Source of the DNA: Bacillota bacterium
GTDB lineage: Bacteria > Bacillota > Sulfobacillia > Fermentithermobacillales > Fermentithermobacillaceae
Direction: 5' to 3'
Assembly: GCA_050952085.1 (NCBI GenBank)
Contig: JBMNKH010000004.1
Span: 444,793-508,792 of the forward strand
DNA length: 64,000 bases
The position numbers were made by a program, and so were the translations under genes. Within the stretch, counting starts at the first letter, position 1. Each line of letters starts with the position of its first letter. Of the stretch, positions 39,501 through 48,411 are shown piece by piece. Below the pieces are notes generated by a model. The model searched no databases. It saw only the letters and a list, made by a program, of their open reading frames with translations, and was not told where the DNA came from.

Positions 39501-41357
39501 GTGCAGGAGCAAAAGAATGCGTTTGAGCTAGACAGAGAGATAAACTCTGTGTTAGCTACCGACTGTGGTTCCACAACGACCAAAGCTATTCTTATCGAAA
39601 AAACCGGCGACGAATACCGCCTGGTCGTGCGGGGAGAAGCTCCCACAACAGTTGAGGCGCCTTTTGAAGACGTTACAATGGGTGCTAGGAATGCTATCAG
39701 GGAAATTGAAGAACTTACCGGTAAGACATTCCTAAACGAACAGGGAGTAATCACACCAAGGCAACCTGACGGCTCAGGGGTAGACATCTACATGTCAACC
39801 TCATCTGCAGGTGGCGGCCTCCAGATGATGGTAGCAGGTGTGGTTAAGACTATGACCGCCGAATCTGCCGCCCGGGCTGCCCTGGGTGCCGGGGCTATCG
39901 TAATGGACGTTATTTCAGTAGACGACGGCAGGAAGCCCCATGAGAAGATCCAGAGGATCAGGCAGCTAAGGCCTGACATGATTCTGCTTTCAGGAGGAAT
40001 TGATGGCGGCACCATCACTCACGTAGCTGAAATCGGTGAGCTCATCTCAGCTGCGGAACCCAAGCCGAGGCTTGGTATCGGGTACAAGCTGCCCATTATT
40101 TTCGCCGGTAACAAGCAGGCCCGGACACATATCAGCAATATCCTCGGTGAGAAGACCGACCTTAGAATCGTGGACAACCTGCGGCCTGTGCTTGAGACCG
40201 AAGTGCTTGGGCCTGCAAGGGAAGAGATTCACAACCTTTTCATGGAGCACGTTATGGCCCAGGCGCCTGGTTACAACAAGCTTATGCAGTGGACCCCCAT
40301 ACCCATTATGCCCACTCCTGGTGCAGTTGGCGCTTGCATGCAGACTACTTCACAGGAATATGACATGAGCGTCATAGGGGTTGACATAGGTGGCGCAACC
40401 ACTGACGTATTCTCAGTGTTTGGCGAGTTCTTCAATAGAACCGTTTCAGCTAACCTGGGTATGAGCTACTCTATCTGCAACGTGCTTCTCGAAGCAGGTG
40501 TGCGGAATATCATGAGATGGATTCCGTTCTCCATTGAAGAAGGAGCTCTTAGGAACAGGATCAGGAATAAGATGATCCGTCCCACCACTATCCCGCAGAC
40601 TCTGGACGAGCTTATCATCGAACAAGCTATTGCAAGGGAAGCTTTGCGTCTTGCTTTCGAGCACCACAAGAGCTTGGCAGTGGGGCTTAGAGGCGTACAC
40701 AGGCAGAGGACCATTGGAGATACCTTCGAACAGACTGGAAGTGACGAGACATACATCGACATGGCTGAGCTTGGCATGCTTATCGGCTCAGGCGGATGTC
40801 TGTCCCACGCACCCAGGCGTGCACAAGCTGCTATGATGCTTATGGACGCTTTCCAGCCAGAGGCAACAACCATGTTGGCGGTTGACTCAATCTTCATGAT
40901 GCCGCAGCTGGGTATCCTGGCATCTATCCATCCGAAAGCTTCCATGCAGGTGTTTGACAGGGACTGCCTAGTCAAGCTTGGAACGGCAATTGCAGCTGCA
41001 GGCCCCAACGGCAAAGCTGAGTTCGGCGCTCCTTGTCTGGAAGTGACCCTTGAATTTGACGGCAAGACATATGAAGAGTCTGTGCCTTTCGGTTCCGTGA
41101 AAGTTATCCCGGTTCCCGAAGACACAGTTGCATTAGCAATGATCCGGCCGTCCCGGCAGTTTGATGCAGGCAGGGGCTATGGACATGAAGTCAAGAAAGA
41201 TGTCAACGGCGGTGTGGTTGGGGTCATCATCGATTGCAGGGGACGCCCGCTTGCCCTGCCCGAAGATGTGAGAGCCCGGAACGCCAAGCTGGTAGAGTGG
41301 TTCCTTGCGATGAATATGTATCCTGCGGAATCGCTCAAGAAATATGCTGAGGTTTAG
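39501..41357 (+). CDS. GlmL/MutL-family ASKHA ATPase, long form, copy 2
   Basis: VLATDCGSTTTKAILIEKTGDEYRLVVRGE and VIGVDIGGATTDVFS. Collinear with copy 1 including the C-terminal extension. GTG at 39501 after a GAGGGAGGGG RBS. Confidence 0.7.
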   Translation: MQEQKNAFELDREINSVLATDCGSTTTKAILIEKTGDEYRLVVRGEAPTTVEAPFEDVTMGARNAIREIEELTGKTFLNEQGVITPRQPDGSGVDIYMSTSSAGGGLQMMVAGVVKTMTAESAARAALGAGAIVMDVISVDDGRKPHEKIQRIRQLRPDMILLSGGIDGGTITHVAEIGELISAAEPKPRLGIGYKLPIIFAGNKQARTHISNILGEKTDLRIVDNLRPVLETEVLGPAREEIHNLFMEHVMAQAPGYNKLMQWTPIPIMPTPGAVGACMQTTSQEYDMSVIGVDIGGATTDVFSVFGEFFNRTVSANLGMSYSICNVLLEAGVRNIMRWIPFSIEEGALRNRIRNKMIRPTTIPQTLDELIIEQAIAREALRLAFEHHKSLAVGLRGVHRQRTIGDTFEQTGSDETYIDMAELGMLIGSGGCLSHAPRRAQAAMMLMDAFQPEATTMLAVDSIFMMPQLGILASIHPKASMQVFDRDCLVKLGTAIAAAGPNGKAEFGAPCLEVTLEFDGKTYEESVPFGSVKVIPVPEDTVALAMIRPSRQFDAGRGYGHEVKKDVNGGVVGVIIDCRGRPLALPEDVRARNAKLVEWFLAMNMYPAESLKKYAEV

Positions 41358-41373
41358 AGGAGGGAAGGTATAA

Positions 41374-42495
41374 ATGGCACACGCATATACACCTGGTCTC
41401 AAAGTAACTGAAAGAGCGGTGATCACCAAGACGCGCCGCCTTCCTATCCTCGGCGAAGTGCTGGTTGAGAAAGGACAGGCGGTTTCGCCAGACACTATTG
41501 TTGCGAAAACGCACATTCCCGGTAACCCGCAGGCGGTTAACGTGGCAAATATCCTGGGCGTCGACCCTGATGATATCGCTGATTTCATGCAGAAGTCCGA
41601 AGGGGACTTTGTCAAGAAAGGTGAACTCCTGGCGGAGTACAAGTCGTTTTTCGGGCTGATCAGGCACCATGTTGAATCGCCCACAGACGGGGCCATTGAG
41701 ATGATCTCAACAGTTACCGGGCAGGTCACCTTACGTGAACCCCCGGTTCCCATTGAGATAGATGCCTATATAGAGGGAATCGTCGAGGGAGTTCTCCCCA
41801 AAGAAGGGGTTGTTGTAAGAACGGAAGGCGCTTTTATACAGGGCATCTTTGGCGTAGGCGGAGAAACCCAGGGCGTCATCAGGGTCGCGGTGGAAGACCC
41901 CAACGATGTGTTGGATGCTTCCAATGTCAGGCCTGATGACAAGGATAAGATCCTGGTCGGCGGCTCACTGGTTACGGCTGAGGCGATTAAGAAAGCCGGA
42001 GAAGTAGGCGCAAAGGGAATTGTGGCCGGCGGTATAATCGACACCGAACTAATCGAATACCTCGGCTTCGACATTGGTGTAGCGATTACAGGGCATGAAG
42101 ATATCCCGGTTACCGTAATCATCACCGAAGGTTTCGGCAGGATGAGGATGGCAGACCGGACCTTCGTGTTGCTCAAGAAACTTAACGGCTTCAAGGCGTC
42201 GATCAACGGGGCAACCCAGATCCGTGCAGGAGTAATGCGTCCTGAGATCATTGTGCCCGGTTATGAAGCTGAGGGCGACGATGAAGGTCTGGACCTTACC
42301 AAGGGACTTGTACCTGGAACACCAATTCGTATCATCAGGGAGCCTTACTTCGGTATGCTGGCTGAAATTGTCGAACTGCCGCCTGAGCTTGAGGTAATCG
42401 AGTCAGAAGCCCGGGTTAGAATTCTGAGGGCTAAGTTGGAAGACGGCACGATTGTAACTGTGCCCAGGGCCAACGTGGAGATAATCGAAAGCTAG
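41374..42495 (+). CDS. Conserved partner protein of the GlmL-like ATPase, copy 2
   Basis: AGAGGAGGGAAGG RBS then ATG. RLPILGEVLVEKGQAVSPDTIVAK N-terminus, and C-terminus ASINGATQIRAGVMRPEII...REPYFGMLAEIVELP...TVPRANVEII shared with copy 1. Confidence 0.6.
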   Translation: MAHAYTPGLKVTERAVITKTRRLPILGEVLVEKGQAVSPDTIVAKTHIPGNPQAVNVANILGVDPDDIADFMQKSEGDFVKKGELLAEYKSFFGLIRHHVESPTDGAIEMISTVTGQVTLREPPVPIEIDAYIEGIVEGVLPKEGVVVRTEGAFIQGIFGVGGETQGVIRVAVEDPNDVLDASNVRPDDKDKILVGGSLVTAEAIKKAGEVGAKGIVAGGIIDTELIEYLGFDIGVAITGHEDIPVTVIITEGFGRMRMADRTFVLLKKLNGFKASINGATQIRAGVMRPEIIVPGYEAEGDDEGLDLTKGLVPGTPIRIIREPYFGMLAEIVELPPELEVIESEARVRILRAKLEDGTIVTVPRANVEIIES

Positions 42496-42520
42496 CACGC
42501 GGACTGTCAATGTAGAAGTA

Positions 42521-42552
42521 AAAGGAGAGGATAATCCTCTCCTTTTGTTTTT
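42521..42552 (+). terminator. Rho-independent terminator after the second module
   Basis: AAGGAGAGG-ataat-CCTCTCCTT followed by TTGTTTTT. Confidence 0.8.
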
Positions 42553-42721
42553 GGCATCCAATGGCAATACTGAGTTATGTGTACGTTATCCCGGAAGTGT
42601 TTTGCTATAAGATAAAGGGATAAGATGTTTGGGTGAAGAACAAAGTTAAGCACTCGATGTGAACATTGTAGAGAAAGGGGGAACGATGAAGTAGGCTTCC
42701 TTCTGACAGCCTACAAGAGCC

Positions 42722-43669
42722 ATGGACCAGCAATTATATCTCGAATTTATGAATGAGCATGTGATTCCTCTCCGGGCCAAGTTTGATGATTTCCTGCCTG
42801 TGATATTAGGTCTGAGAAAAGCAGCCCAAATCATCATGCCTGCTGAATTGCCTGATGCCGGTATCCTAGGTGCCACTATCGACGACAGGTTCCGGCAGAA
42901 GATGGCAGGACAGAGGCTTCCCGGCGAATCGCTTACCGATTATCTAAAGAGCAGGGCGGCTACTATGCGCCGGAAGAAGAATAAGGCACAGGACCTGCGT
43001 TTCCGCTTGCAGCTGCTCAGCGATATATACAGCGATGTCGTTGAGAAGTCCAGATCGTACCAAGTGTACATGGACTGGATCGATAGATGGGGATTGAAGT
43101 GGAAAGAATTAGAAGCACGACCGACTATACGGGAGATTTACATCTTCAACGACGACGATGTCGCCGTTGAACTTGAGGAGCTTCAGGATCTCAGGAAAGA
43201 CATAAGGTATGCTTACGCTAAGCATCCTGATCCCTCCTCAGACGGCTCATTCCGGGTGTTCCCTGAAGAACATAATGCTGCTTTCTTGCGGAAAGCCGGG
43301 GAAATACTTGGATTCCCTGTTTGCTGCATAGAAAGGTACATCTTTGACAGGAATTCAGGGGTATTGAGTCCTGAGGTGAGGGCTTCATACCAGATTGCCC
43401 ATTCTGACCGTCCCGAAGATGTGGACATACATGCGTATTTCACCAAGGACTTCTTCCCGTGCCAGCCTGATTGCGAGGAAGCTGCAGCTATGGGCAGGGC
43501 CATACATGAAGCTCTCAGTCAGGTTGATCCGGACTTGGCCGGGAAATACCAGGAGCACCTGAACAGCAACATGAACCTGGTCAGGCAGTACCCTGATATC
43601 ATACAGAACCGGCTGGCTAGGTTGCAGCAAGAAGCGAAGCAACAAGGAGTTGACCCAGGTGAAGAGTAA
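42722..43669 (+). CDS. Hypothetical protein with conserved Cys pairs (FPVCCIERY ... FFPCQPDCEEA)
   Basis: Long ORF with plausible codon usage. Cys motifs suggest metal binding. Family not identified with confidence. Confidence 0.5.
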   Translation: MDQQLYLEFMNEHVIPLRAKFDDFLPVILGLRKAAQIIMPAELPDAGILGATIDDRFRQKMAGQRLPGESLTDYLKSRAATMRRKKNKAQDLRFRLQLLSDIYSDVVEKSRSYQVYMDWIDRWGLKWKELEARPTIREIYIFNDDDVAVELEELQDLRKDIRYAYAKHPDPSSDGSFRVFPEEHNAAFLRKAGEILGFPVCCIERYIFDRNSGVLSPEVRASYQIAHSDRPEDVDIHAYFTKDFFPCQPDCEEAAAMGRAIHEALSQVDPDLAGKYQEHLNSNMNLVRQYPDIIQNRLARLQQEAKQQGVDPGEE

Positions 43670-44435
43670 GCCCGGCGTGTTCCAGCGCTCGTTGTTCGGA
43701 GGCGAATCTGTGCCCGGGCAGGGTACACTGTTTGACGGATTGACCCCTGTAACTGATCCAGGCGCACGAAGGCTTCCGGAGCAGCAGGAGACTACCGGTT
43801 GTAAACCGGACCTTGGCCAGGAGTTGTCCCGGGATTTGGAGGCGAAAGCACCTGCCGGGGACCGGTTTGCAGGAATTGACGACCTTGCTCTCCTGAGGCA
43901 GCTTGTGCTTAAGTGCAGGCAATGTTCCCTAAGGCAAGGAGCCAGGGGTGTAGTGTTCGGCGAGGGCAACCCGGAAGCTGAGATAATGTTCGTCGGGGAA
44001 GGTCCTGGGAAGACAGAAGACGAAATGGGAAGGCCTTTTGTCGGCAGGGCGGGGCAACTTCTGGATCTGATGCTTAAGTCCCACGGGTTTTCAAGAGAAG
44101 AAACGTTCATTGCCAACATAGTCAAGTGCCGGCCGCCTGGGAACAGGCTCCCTTCGCCAGACGAGGTACAGGCGTGCCTTCCAAATCTCATGGCGCAGAT
44201 CAGGATAATCCGCCCCAAGATCATAGTGGCCTTAGGAGCCCTGGCTTCTCAAACTTTGATAAATCCTGGATTGAGGGTTACCAGGGACAGGGGAAAATGG
44301 TTTGAGAAGGATGGAATCAGCTATCTTGTCACGTTTCATCCTGCTGCTGTGTTGAGGGACGAAAGGAACAAGAGACGGCTGATTTGGGAGGATTTCTTGA
44401 GCCTCAAGCAAAAGCATGCAGAGTTGTGCAGGTGA
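43650..44435 (+). CDS. Uracil-DNA glycosylase, family 4 (4Fe-4S type). The true start is probably internal.
   Basis: CRQCSL...GEGNPEAEIMFVGEGPGKTEDEMGRPFVGRAGQLLD...IANIVKCRPPGNR...HPAAVLR. The N-terminal extension of about 80 aa overlaps the upstream gene. Confidence 0.8.
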   Translation: MTQVKSKPGVFQRSLFGGESVPGQGTLFDGLTPVTDPGARRLPEQQETTGCKPDLGQELSRDLEAKAPAGDRFAGIDDLALLRQLVLKCRQCSLRQGARGVVFGEGNPEAEIMFVGEGPGKTEDEMGRPFVGRAGQLLDLMLKSHGFSREETFIANIVKCRPPGNRLPSPDEVQACLPNLMAQIRIIRPKIIVALGALASQTLINPGLRVTRDRGKWFEKDGISYLVTFHPAAVLRDERNKRRLIWEDFLSLKQKHAELCR

Positions 44436-44449
44436 AAGGACACTGTTTG

Positions 44450-44974
44450 ATGCATCAGGAAAACAAGACAGCTAAACGCACTTTGGTTGTAGAAACTCCG
44501 TCAGAGACCAGGTGTCTCGGAAAACTCCTGGGAGAGCAGCTTAAGGGCGGTGAGGTAATCCTGCTGGCCGGGTCCCTGGGGGCGGGCAAGACCACAATGG
44601 TACAAGGGATTGCTGCCGGGCTTGGCATACAGGAACATGTAAAGAGCCCAAGCTTTGTCCTGGAAAGGATTTACCGGGGCAGGCTTGTGCTACATCATTT
44701 TGACTTCTACAGGCTGACCCAGGAAGACATCTTAGAGTCAGGCCTGCTCTATGATATTGACGATTCTGCAGTCGTAGCCATAGAGTGGCCCGAACGTGCA
44801 GGTGAAGCTTTGCCTGACTCGACATTGAAAGTAAACATCGGATTTCACGAGGAGTGTTTGGATTCCAGACCGGTGAAATCAGAGAATAAGTGCAGGATCA
44901 CCCTTGAAACCAGCGAGGCAAGGTGGGTAGAAGTTATTGAAACTATCTGGAGACACAGGAACGAAAACGGCTAG
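44450..44974 (+). CDS. tsaE: tRNA t6A biosynthesis ATPase TsaE
   Basis: [25 protein letters not shown]...[10 protein letters not shown]...HFDFYRL. Confidence 0.88.
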   Translation: MHQENKTAKRTLVVETPSETRCLGKLLGEQLKGGEVILLAGSLGAGKTTMVQGIAAGLGIQEHVKSPSFVLERIYRGRLVLHHFDFYRLTQEDILESGLLYDIDDSAVVAIEWPERAGEALPDSTLKVNIGFHEECLDSRPVKSENKCRITLETSEARWVEVIETIWRHRNENG

Positions 44975-45719
44975 GGTCCTAGCCATAGAAACAAGCACAG
45001 AACTTCTTGGAGTGGCGCTTGTAGACGATACAGGCATACGATGTGAGTTTACAGTCATAGAACCTATGATCCATTCAAAGATGTTGGTTCCCCTTTACAT
45101 ACAGGCACTGGAGACGGTTGGTTGGAACCCTGAAGACCTGGATTGCCTGGCGGTGTCTGCCGGCCCCGGGTCTTTTACCGGGCTGAGGATAGGCTTTGCC
45201 ATTGCCCAAGGACTGGCTTTTGCCTTGGATAAGCCTATTGCCAAGGTGCCTACATTCCAGGTTTACCTGAGGCAATGCGCATCTTATCCGAGGGTTGGTA
45301 TAGTGCAGGGGAGAGCCAGAAGCCAGACTGTGTGCGCCTTGTATGAGAAGGCAGCACCTGAGGCAGCAGGGGATTCCCGGACCAGGTCAGGTTTTGATGA
45401 GCTTGTGCCTCCAACCGCCGTAGATTCAAACCGGTTCTTGGACTATTTGGGCGGTACTCCTTCGCTGCCTGTGTGGATTACAGGAGATGCTGCAGAGCAG
45501 TTTTCTAAGATGGCCGGTGAAGCGGGAATAGAGGGTGTCAGGCCGGTTGACACCCATCTCAGGCTGCCGGTGCCAGGGATATTGGGCCTGATAGGCCTGG
45601 AAATGTTCCTGGAAGGCAACGTGGTAGACGCGTCTTCAGCGCTTCCTGATTATTACCGGAAATCCCAGGCGGAAGTGGTGCTTGCCCGCAAGGCAAAGAA
45701 GGGTGGCCGAGTTGATTAA
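44937..45719 (+). CDS. tsaB: tRNA t6A biosynthesis protein TsaB
   Basis: VLAIETSTELLGVALV...CLAVSAGPGSFTGLRIGFAIAQGLAFAL. Confidence 0.88.
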   Translation: MKLSGDTGTKTARVLAIETSTELLGVALVDDTGIRCEFTVIEPMIHSKMLVPLYIQALETVGWNPEDLDCLAVSAGPGSFTGLRIGFAIAQGLAFALDKPIAKVPTFQVYLRQCASYPRVGIVQGRARSQTVCALYEKAAPEAAGDSRTRSGFDELVPPTAVDSNRFLDYLGGTPSLPVWITGDAAEQFSKMAGEAGIEGVRPVDTHLRLPVPGILGLIGLEMFLEGNVVDASSALPDYYRKSQAEVVLARKAKKGGRVD

Positions 45720-45744
45720 CGTTGACAAATTGGTTATCAGTAAG

Positions 45745-46212
45745 ATGACCCCAAGGGATCTTGACGAAGTGCTTGAAATCGAGCGCCAGTCGTATCCAAC
45801 GCCGTGGTCGAGGAATGCTTTCCATTCTGAACTTACTGCAAATCTATATGCCCACTACTTCACAGCCCGTATTGACGGGATGCTTGTGGGCTATTTCGGG
45901 ATGTGGGTGTTCTTCGATGAAGCCCACATCACAAACATAGCCGTTAACCCAAAATTCCGGCGGCAAGGAATCGGCGAACAGATGTTGAGATTCGCGTTTA
46001 GGAAGGCCAGGGAGCTGGGCGCTACTAAGATGACCCTTGAGGTGAGATTTTCTAACTACGGGGCACAGAACCTTTACAGGAAACTCGGTTTTCAGGACAG
46101 GGGCATACGGAAAGGCTATTATTCTGACACCAATGAAGATGCAATTATCATGTGGAAGGACGACTTGAGCCCTGACTCCCCTCAGGAAGACGAAGTCAAA
46201 TGGATGATGTAG
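45745..46212 (+). CDS. rimI: Ribosomal-protein-alanine N-acetyltransferase (GNAT)
   Basis: GNAT motif A (RRQGIGEQMLRFAFRKARELGA). Position between tsaB and tsaD. Confidence 0.8.
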   Translation: MTPRDLDEVLEIERQSYPTPWSRNAFHSELTANLYAHYFTARIDGMLVGYFGMWVFFDEAHITNIAVNPKFRRQGIGEQMLRFAFRKARELGATKMTLEVRFSNYGAQNLYRKLGFQDRGIRKGYYSDTNEDAIIMWKDDLSPDSPQEDEVKWMM

Positions 46213-46214
46213 CC

Positions 46215-47129
46215 TCAAGAGAGAGCTACCGCATTAATGTCGTCCCTGGCTTTTCCGGCTGCTCTTGCCATTGCTTCAAAGATGCCGTCTTGGCTCAATC
46301 CGGGTTGGTTTTCATAGGCGAAGATTATGCCCCTGGAGGATGAAACCACAGCCCCTGTACCGTCAGGATGAAATGCTGCCTTTACGTCATCCGGCCTTCC
46401 GCCCTGGGCGCCGTAACCGGGTACAAGGAAGATAGACTGCGGCATAAGCTGCCTCATCTTTTCCAGGTGCTCCGGGTAAGTAGCTCCTACCACTGCGCCT
46501 ATATTTGAAAATCCGGACTTGCCTATGTGTGACTTTCCGAGTTTACTTACCCATTGGGCGACTTTTTCCGCCACAGTGATAGAAGGTCTACCATGCTCAT
46601 CCAGGACCTTGAGGTCTTGCAACGCATGAGAACCTGGATTCGACGTTTTCACCAATACGAACAGCCCGCAGCCGTTTTGTTTGGCCATGTTCATGAAAGG
46701 CTCCAGGGTGTCAGGACCGAGATAGGGATTTACCGTGAGTGCGTCGGCAAACAACTCAGATTCAGGATTCAGATAAGCTTTGGCGTAGGCGCTTGCAGTG
46801 TGGCCTATATCACCCCTCTTGGCGTCAAGGATCACGGGTATACCATGCTTCCTGGCGTTTTGTATGCACAGAGAGAGGGATTTCCACCCAAGCATCCCCA
46901 TGCTTTCGAAGAAGGCGGCCTGGGGCTTGATTGCGCAGGCGTAAGTCTTAGCTACTTGGATGACTGTTGAACAGAAAGCGTCTAACAGGTATCCGTCAGG
47001 CTTGCCTGGGAATGCTGCCCTGAATTCGGAATCTGACCCGAGCAGCCGCCTTGGATCAGGGTCAACGCCAATCACAACCCGCGATCCGGTTTCTTTGATC
47101 CGCGCCATAAGCTTATCTGCAAAATGCAT
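46215..47129 (-). CDS. pyrF: Orotidine 5'-phosphate decarboxylase, long (type 2) form
   Basis: MHFADKLMARI...VVIGVDP and DAKRGDIGHTA catalytic motifs. Length about 300 aa. Confidence 0.85.
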   Translation of the reverse strand: MHFADKLMARIKETGSRVVIGVDPDPRRLLGSDSEFRAAFPGKPDGYLLDAFCSTVIQVAKTYACAIKPQAAFFESMGMLGWKSLSLCIQNARKHGIPVILDAKRGDIGHTASAYAKAYLNPESELFADALTVNPYLGPDTLEPFMNMAKQNGCGLFVLVKTSNPGSHALQDLKVLDEHGRPSITVAEKVAQWVSKLGKSHIGKSGFSNIGAVVGATYPEHLEKMRQLMPQSIFLVPGYGAQGGRPDDVKAAFHPDGTGAVVSSSRGIIFAYENQPGLSQDGIFEAMARAAGKARDDINAVALS

Positions 47130-47379
47130 TCTACCTACCCCGCTATCCAATGAAATCTGATGTCACAGGTCCTCTCACACGTTTCACTTAAACATTTCAC
47201 GAATGCCCCGGTGTGTCAATACTGTATGGGACGTGCCCAGGGTTGAGCCTGGATTTGTGCCTTGCTCGATTTGTGCCTTGAATGATCCATGCCTGTTGGT
47301 CCGCCGGCCGCAATCAAACCATTGGCACTGACCCGGAGATTTCAGGGTATAATTGGGATAAGCTTTGAGAGGTGATGGC

Positions 47380-48411
47380 ATGCTCATACTTGGAATTGAT
47401 ACGTCTTGCGACGATACTTCGTGCGCTGTTGTAAGAGACGGCCGGCAGCTTTTATCGAACATTGTTTCTTCCCAGACCGACCTCCACGCAAAATTTGGAG
47501 GGGTTGTGCCTGAAATCGCTTCAAGAAGACACTTAGAGGTGCTGATTCCTGCTTGCAGTGAAGCCCTTGAGCAGGCAGGTGTGGCCCTAAGCGATATTGA
47601 TCTGATAGCTGTTACAAACGGTCCGGGCCTTTTGGGCTCGTTGCTGGTAGGGGTCGGTTTTGCCAAGGGTCTGGCCCACGCTGCGCAGGTGCCTTTGATT
47701 GACGTTCACCATATCGCAGGGCACATATATGCTAACTTCCTTGGAGAGACGCTGCCTGAGTTCCCCGCGCTCAACCTGGTAGTGTCAGGAGGCCATTCTG
47801 AGCTGATCCTGATGGAATCCCACGGGCGTTTCACTGTGCTGGCTGAAACCAGGGATGATGCGGCAGGCGAAGTGTTTGACAAAGTTGCCAGGGAGATAGG
47901 GCTTGGGTTTCCCGGAGGCCCCTATCTGGACCGGTTGGCCGAAAAAGGCGATGCGGACAAGATCCCGTTTCCTTTGCCAAGAATCCGCGGTTCAAAATAT
48001 GATTACAGCTTTTCAGGCATCAAGACCAGGGCATTGCTTGAGTTTGAGGCAGGCGATAAGACTGAAGAGTTCAAGCGTGACCTGGCTGCCGGTTTCAGGA
48101 AAGGCGTAGTGGATCAGCTGCTGAATCCCGTAGAAGAACTGATCAGGGAAACAGGCGCCAGGAGCCTTGCCATTTCAGGCGGGGTTGCTGCCAATATGCT
48201 GCTCAGGCGGAAAAGCCAGGAACTGGCCGCAAAGCTGGACATCCCGTTGTTTGTGCCTCCAAGGGAACTATGTACAGATAATGGCGCCATGATCGCAGCA
48301 GCAGGTTACTACAAGTACCAAATGACAGGCAGCAGCCGGCCTCAAAAGGAGAACTTGTTGATGGAGTGCTCAGCCGGTCTTGAGCTGCAGTCCTGGGGGG
48401 AGGATATATGA
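47380..48411 (+). CDS. tsaD: tRNA N6-adenosine threonylcarbamoyltransferase TsaD
   Basis: MLILGIDTSCDDTSCAVV, the HIAGH metal-binding motif, and the Kae1/Gcp fold throughout. Confidence 0.93.
   Translation: MLILGIDTSCDDTSCAVVRDGRQLLSNIVSSQTDLHAKFGGVVPEIASRRHLEVLIPACSEALEQAGVALSDIDLIAVTNGPGLLGSLLVGVGFAKGLAHAAQVPLIDVHHIAGHIYANFLGETLPEFPALNLVVSGGHSELILMESHGRFTVLAETRDDAAGEVFDKVAREIGLGFPGGPYLDRLAEKGDADKIPFPLPRIRGSKYDYSFSGIKTRALLEFEAGDKTEEFKRDLAAGFRKGVVDQLLNPVEELIRETGARSLAISGGVAANMLLRRKSQELAAKLDIPLFVPPRELCTDNGAMIAAAGYYKYQMTGSSRPQKENLLMECSAGLELQSWGEDI

Noticed and set aside
47184-47666. 160-aa minus-strand ORF across the pyrF/tsaD divergent promoter and tsaD 5' end
   Set aside because: It overlaps the tsaD coding start and the promoter region, with no conserved motifs.
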